The notes under the pieces: model-generated
The model's database searches: none
The model's input: only the letters and a program-made list of their open reading frames with translations
Told to the model about the DNA's origin: nothing
Translations under genes and position numbers: made by a program
From: Alphaproteobacteria bacterium
GTDB lineage: Bacteria; Pseudomonadota; Alphaproteobacteria; GCA-2731375
Assembly (NCBI GenBank): GCA_965225945.1
Contig: CBDDBZ010000003.1
Coordinates: 1-32,580 of the forward strand
DNA: 32,580 bases
Direction: 5' to 3'
Part shown: one piece after another, positions 26,815 through 32,580 of the stretch
Position numbering within the stretch: the first letter of the stretch is position 1
How the letters are laid out: each line of letters opens with the position of its first letter

Positions 26815-27935
26815 GGGCGGCGGCGCGCGTCGACCGAACGCACGACCGGCGGCTCGGCCGGCGCCAGGCGGTCGGGGCGGAACGGCGCCAGATCGACTTG
26901 GCGCGCCTCGCCCTCCAGCAATAGCTCCGCCATCGCCTCGCCCGTCGCCGGAGCGTTCAAAATTCCCCAGACGTTGTGGCCGGTGGCGACATGGGCGCCC
27001 TGGATGCCGGCGACCTGGCCGATCAGCGGCAGGCCGTCGCCGGTGATGGGGCGGTAGCAGGCCTGGAAGGCGCGGGCCGGCGCCGCCGCCATTTCGGGCG
27101 AGAAGGTCGCGACCATGGCGCGCAGCTCGGCCTCGGCCTCGGGTTCGACGACGACATCGTCGGGATCGACGGGCAGGTCGCCCTCGCCCGGCAGGCCGCA
27201 GACGTAGGTGGTGCCGTCGGGGCGGGGGAATACTTCCGGCGCGTGCACCTCGCCCGAGCCGACCTCGCATTCGACGAAGAGGGCCGAGGCCGGATCGGGG
27301 GCCCAGTCGAAGACCAGGCTGTGGCCCTTGAGGCCACCGACGGCGGGCAAGGGCAGCCAGCCGCAGGCGAGGATCGACCAGGGACCCATCGCCACCACCA
27401 GGGCGTCGGCCTCGATTACCCCGTCGTCGACCAGCACGCCGGTGACGGCCGATCCGTCCGCCGACTTTTCGAGGCCGGTGACGACACCCGCGCGCACCTC
27501 GGCGCCTTTCCCCTCGGCGGCCGCCATCAGCCCCTGGGTGAACTTGGCGGGATGGACCTGGGCCGTGCTCGACGCGTCGCCGAGCTGGCCGTGCACCGCC
27601 GCGCTCTCCGACAACCAGGCGGGCGCGGTGGCGGAACGATGGCGGGCCATGTCCTGGCGCGCGCTTGCGACGACGCCCAGGGTATCGAGGCGGCGGTAGT
27701 CCCATTCGCCCACCTCGGCCTCGGCGAGTTCGCCGTGCAGCTCGAAGCTTCGCCGCGCCAGCGGTCCGAGCGGCGTGCCCTCGCACCAGTCGCGGGCGAG
27801 GAACCCGCCCGACTTGCCGGAGGCGGCGCAGGCGACTCCGCTGCGTTCCACCACGATAACCTCGGCGCCCGCGAGGCTGGCGTAATAGGCCGTCGCGGCG
27901 CCGATGGCGCCGCCACCGCAGATCACGATGCGCAT
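26793..27935 (-). CDS. FAD-dependent oxidoreductase (DAO family), 380 aa
   Basis: MRIVICGGGAIG, AASGKSGGFLA, AQVHP, AMGPW, QACYRP, TGHNVWGILNAPATG. Confidence 0.92.
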   Translation of the reverse strand: MRIVICGGGAIGAATAYYASLAGAEVIVVERSGVACAASGKSGGFLARDWCEGTPLGPLARRSFELHGELAEAEVGEWDYRRLDTLGVVASARQDMARHRSATAPAWLSESAAVHGQLGDASSTAQVHPAKFTQGLMAAAEGKGAEVRAGVVTGLEKSADGSAVTGVLVDDGVIEADALVVAMGPWSILACGWLPLPAVGGLKGHSLVFDWAPDPASALFVECEVGSGEVHAPEVFPRPDGTTYVCGLPGEGDLPVDPDDVVVEPEAEAELRAMVATFSPEMAAAPARAFQACYRPITGDGLPLIGQVAGIQGAHVATGHNVWGILNAPATGEAMAELLLEGEARQVDLAPFRPDRLAPAEPPVVRSVDARRRPQSDPAA

Positions 27936-27960
27936 GGCTCCCCCGTTCGCCGCCGCGCCG

Positions 27961-30404
27961 TCAGAACCGATCCAGCAGGCGGTCGATATATTGCCGTTCG
28001 AGGCGGGGGCGTTTGTGTTCGCCGGCCCGGCGGCGGAGTTCGTCGAGGATCTGGCGGGTGCGCTGCAGATCCGCCTTCTCGGGGATGCGGACGGTGGAGG
28101 TGTCCATGCCGCCGCGCGCCGAGGGCCGGCCGAGGGGGTCCTCCTCGCCGCCACCCAGGACCGTGTCCTCGCCCTGGCCGTTTCCCAGCTGGCGCGCCAG
28201 TTCCTGGGCTAGGCCCCGCATGCCTTCCGCCATCTGGTCGATCGCCTGGCCCTGGGACTCGCTGGCCGAGCCCGGCCGGCCCCCGCCCAACGCCTCGCGG
28301 GCATTGCGCATCGCGCGTTCGGCCCGCCCGAGGGCACCCGGGATCTCGCCCAGTCCCTCGCCGAGCCGCCGCATGATCTCGCCGAGCCTGCGGCGCAAGG
28401 CCTCCTGCCCGGCCGACATGTCGGACATCGAGGGATCGCCCTGGCCGGGCATCGGCTGGCCGCGCCGGCCCTGCTGGCCCTGGCCCCGCCGGCCCTGGCC
28501 CGGCCGGGGTATCTGGCCACCCTGGGGCGAGCGGCGGAAGGTCTGGTCCAACAGCTTCTGCTGGTCGCGCATCAGGTCGCCCAGTTCGCGGATCGCCCGG
28601 TCGGCGCCGCGCAATTCGGGCGGCATCTGCATCATGCGGCCCGCTTGCAGGTTCTCCAGCATCTGCTGCAGCTGCGCCAGCATCTCCCGCGCCGCGTCCT
28701 TGGCGCCGAGCTTCGCGAGTTCCCCGAGCCCGTTCCAGCATCCGCTGGATGTCCTCGCCTTCCAACACCTGGGCGTTGGGGTCGTAGGGCATGGCCTCGA
28801 GGCCCTGCTCCGCCATCCGCTGGGCCTGTTCGGCCAGCGCCTGGAGGTAGCGGCCCATCGCCTCCTGCAGCTGGTCCATCAGCTGGTCGAGCTCCGCGTC
28901 GGAAGCGTCGCGGGCGAGCGCGTCCATCAGCTCCTTCTGCAACTTCCGCACCTCCCGCTCGGCCATGGAAAGGCGGCCTTCCTCCACCTTCAGCGCCAGG
29001 TCCCAGAGCAGCTTGGCGACGTCGGTGACGACGTCCGGATTCCTTGAAAAACGAAGCCGCGAGGAGGACAAGCGGAGTCCCATGAAGACGACGATGTCGT
29101 CGCCGGTAGGAATCGGGCGCGATCGCGATCGAACTCAGCGCCAGCGCCACCATCCCCTTGCGGTCCGGCTCGGTGAAAAGCGTCTTCCGCTGCTCGTTGA
29201 TCGCGCGGGCGACCGGGTGGGCGAAGCGACGCTCGGGCAGAACCATCCCGTGCGCCTCGCCGCGCCCCTCCTGGCCCTGGGTGTCGAGGACGACCGGCAC
29301 CAGGACCACCTTTCTGCCGGCCCAGGGATGCGCCGCCAGATCGTGGTAACTTCGCTCCCCGCGCGAGTTTCAGGCCGAGACTGGAAATTGGCAGGGACAG
29401 GCTTTCAACATCGCCCCTCGCCCTCGCCGCCCTCCGCCAGCCGGATCTCCAAGTTGGCCTCGCCAAGGCCATAGTCGTCGCGCGCCTCGACGTCGATGGC
29501 GAGGCTGCCCCTGGGCGTCGCCACGGGATCGGCGGCGAAGGCGATTTCCGGCGCCGTGTCCGGCACGGTCTCGACCGCCCAGGCGGCGATCACCAGGCCG
29601 CCTTGACGAATCGCGAGGCGTCGGGCCGCCTTCAGGGGGTGTTTGAGTTCGTGGTTGAGGGCATCGATCGCCCGGAAGGCCACCACCGCGTCGTCGACCA
29701 GCAGCTCCACCCGGCCGGCGCCGCCATAGACCCGGGCCAGTACGTCGCTTCCCGTCGGTATCCGGAACGGGCCGGCGCCCTCGGCGCGGGCGGCCAGCTG
29801 GAACGGTGGCGCGCCGGTATAGGCCGGCGGGTTGATCCAGGCCTCGATTTCCGCCGCGACCTGGGCCGGCCGGTCGAAGTCGGGCTGCATCGCGCGGGCC
29901 AGCCGCCCCGAGACGTCGCCATGACCCACGGCCAGGGCGAAGACGGCCAGCAGGAAAACCGCCGCCCGCAGGCCATGAACATCGCGCTCGCCGACGCCGG
30001 GGGCGCGGCCAGCCGACGCGGATACGGCCGAGACGGGCAAGGGTATTTTCGAGATGCGCCTGCCAAAGCGCGCGCGCGGCGAGATCGCGTCCGCCGATCG
30101 CCAGCCGGTCCTCGATCGTGGTCAAGGGCCGGTGGACGAGACCGCTGGCCGTCTCCAGCCGCCGCTTGGAAGCCCGCTCGTCGGGCAGGCCGAGCTTCGG
30201 CAGCGCCCGCCATGCGGCGAAGACGAAGGCGAGCGCGAAGACCGCCAGCAAGGCGACATGCCACCAGCCGCCGAGCGCCGAGGGCACCTCGATCAGCGCC
30301 AGCGCCAGGAATACCACCAACACCGCCGTCGGCGGCCAGAGCGCCGGCCAGGTCCGCTCCCAAAGCAGAGCCACCCAGGCGAGCTTGCGCCTGCGCTCGA
30401 GCAT
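27961..30404 (-). CDS. TIGR02302 (DUF4175) family membrane-anchored coiled-coil protein; several frameshifts
   Basis: LLWERTWPALWP, AWINPPAYTG, ARDDYG, LPERRFAHPVARA, LWDLAL.VEEG, DPLGR, RQILDELRRR, YIDRLL; typical position downstream of lysA. Confidence 0.9.
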
Positions 30405-30419
30405 GGCGTCGAGACGTCC

Positions 30420-31711
30420 TCACGCGGCACCCCGCGCCGGGACCGCCGCGCCGTCGAGCCAGGGCGGCATCCGCTCGTCCTCGTAAAGCGCCTCCAGCCG
30501 CTGACGCGGCCGCACCACGGCGAATTCGCCACCTCGCACCAATACTTCCGGCGCGAGGGGCCGGGAGTTGTAGTTCGACGCCATGACCCGAACATACGCG
30601 CCCGCGCTGCGGAAGGCGATCAAATCGTCGGGAACGAGCGGCGGCGCGTCCCGCCCCGACGGCGAGGATATCGCCCGATTCACAGATCGGGCCGACGAAG
30701 TCCGCCGCCGTGTTCGACCGGTCGCCGCCGGGCTCGCGAACCGGAATCACGTCGTGCCAGGCGTCATAGAGGGTCGGCCGGATCAGGTCGTTCATCGCCG
30801 CATCGCAGATGACGAAACGCTTGCCGTCGTCCTTGACGTAGATCACGCGGCAGAGCAGGAGGCCGGCGTTGCCGACGAGCGAGCGTCCCGGCTCCACCAC
30901 CAGCTCGAGGCCGAGATCGCCCACCGTCTCGCGCACCACCTGGACATAGGCCGACGGCGCGGGCGGCTGCTCGCCATGGTAGTCGATGCCGAGGCCACCG
31001 CCGAGATCGAGCCGCCGGAGCGCCACGCCGTCGGCCAGCAGGAGGCGGGCGAGTTCCCCCATCCGCGCGAACGCCGCGCGGTAGGGCTTGAGGCTGGTCA
31101 ACTGCGAGCCGATGTGGACGGCGATTCCTTCGACCTCGATTCCCGGCAGGTCGCCCGCCAGACGGTAGATTTCCATCGCGCGCTCCCAGGGGATGCCGAA
31201 CTTGTCCTGCTTGCGGCCGGTCGAAATCTTCTCGTGCGTCGCCGCGTCGACGTCGGGATTGGATGCGCACCGCCACCGGCGCGGCCCGGCCCCGCGATAC
31301 GGCCACCTCGCTCAGCACGCGGAGTTCGGAATCGCTCTCGACGTTGAACTCCATGATCCCGGCATCGAGGGCTCGCGCCATCTCGTCCCGCGTCTTGCCG
31401 ACGCCGGCGAAGACGATGCGGTTCGCCGGCACGCCGGCGGCGAGCGCCTGGGCCAGCTCCCCGCCCGAGACCACGTCGGCGCCGGCGCCAAGGGCGGCGA
31501 AGGTGCGGATCACGGCCAAGCTGGAATTCGCCTTCAAGGCATAGCAGATAGAGGCATCAAGGCCCTCGAAAGCCTCGCGGTAGCCAACATAGGCCTCTTC
31601 CATCGCCCGGCTGGAATAGACGTAGGCGGGCGTCCCGACCGCTTCGGCGATGCGTGCGAGTGCCACGTCCTCGACATGAATCTCGCCGTCGCGGTTTTCG
31701 AAAACGCTCAT
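30420..31711 (-). CDS. lysA: Diaminopimelate decarboxylase; frameshifts at ~31260 and ~30655
   Basis: [47 protein letters not shown]. Confidence 0.96.
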
Positions 31712-32580
31712 TGTCCGCCCTCCGCGTCGAGCAGCCCTCGCCAGCGGGCGACCTCGGCCCGAACGTTATCGGGCGCGGTGCCGCCCAGGCTGGTGCGGCT
31801 GGCGACGGAATCCGCGACGCGCAAGACGCCCACCACTTCTTCCGTCAAGGCGGGGTCGATCTCCCGCAGAGCGGCGAGCGGCAGGTCCGCGAGCTCGACG
31901 CCCCTGTCATCGGCCAGCGCGACGATCCGCCCGGTCGCATGATGGGCCTGGCGGAAGGGAAGGCCGAGGGCGCGGACCATCCAATCGGCGAGGTCCGTCG
32001 CCGTCGCGTGCCCCGCGCCGGCGAGGCCCGCCATCGCCTCGCGGTTGACCGTCATGTCGCCTACCATGCCCGCCATCGCCGGCACGGTGAGGGCCAGGGT
32101 GTCGCGGGTCTCGAACACCGGTTCCTTGTCCTCCTGCATGTCCTTCGAGTAGGCGAGCGCCAGGCCCTTCATCATCACCAGCAGCGCGTTCAGGCCGCCG
32201 ATCACCCGGCCGGTCTTGCCGCGCACCAGCTCCGCCGCGTCCGGATTGCGCTTCTGCGGCATGATCGAGGAGCCGGTGGTAAAGGCGTCGGACAGTTGGA
32301 TGAAGGCGAAGGGGGCCGAGGACCAGATCACCATTTCTTCCGCCAGGCGCGAAAGATGGACCGGAGAGGATCGCCGCCAGGGCCAGATACTCCATGGCGA
32401 AATCGCGGGCCGAGACCGAATCGAGCGAGTTCGCCGTCGGCCGGTCGAACCCCAGCGCCTTCGCCGTCGCCCACCGGTCGACCGGGAAAGAGGTGCCGGC
32501 GAGCGCCGCCGCCCCCAGCGGGCATTCGTTCATCCGCGCCCGGCAGTCGCGCGCCCGGTTGCGGTCACGGGCCATCATCT
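31708..32580 (-). CDS. argH: Argininosuccinate lyase, 3' part (runs off the window); frameshift ~32360
   Basis: [50 protein letters not shown]. Confidence 0.96.

Noticed and set aside
26176-28376. Long alternative-frame ORFs (536 aa and 466 aa)
   Set aside because: Off-frame or antisense to the gamma-CA and DAO genes; low-complexity composition.
28435-28510. GGCCCTGGCC-type short repeats
   Set aside because: They encode the Gly/Gln-rich linker normal for TIGR02302 proteins; not a DNA repeat system.

Overview
GC-rich window of alphaproteobacterial appearance (Rhodospirillales-like gene content) in three parts. (1) Bases 1-~9.9 kb are a mobile-element graveyard. A dihydropyrimidinase gene is cut by an IS6. 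Next comes a fully resolvable nest: an IS1595-family (ISSod11-like) transposase is split by an IS256-family element (8-bp TSD), which itself carries a 755-bp transposase-less cassette (42-bp IRs, 8-bp TSD) holding a leucine-rich-repeat-variant-like passenger gene. These are followed by a DUF924 gene, an IS3 scrap, a tyrosine integrase with an att-like upstream region joined to a truncated IS21, a small secreted protein and two fused cyclase remnants. (2) ~9.9-22.9 kb is a catabolic/accessory block (amidohydrolase, IS5, OYE-type flavin/Fe-S oxidoreductase, IolG-like dehydrogenase, class III aminotransferase, DAO oxidoreductase, ABC substrate-binding protein, cupin, hydrolases). (3) 23-32.6 kb is core genome: rplM-rpsI, a second IS5, argC, gamma-carbonic-anhydrase-like gene, DAO oxidoreductase, TIGR02302, lysA and argH. 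Many single-base frameshifts, including in housekeeping genes, suggest indel-type sequencing error on top of real deletional decay. No tRNA, rRNA or CRISPR array was seen. All family assignments are from motif recognition, not database searches. The most novel item is the non-autonomous IS1595-derived cargo cassette at 2715-3469.
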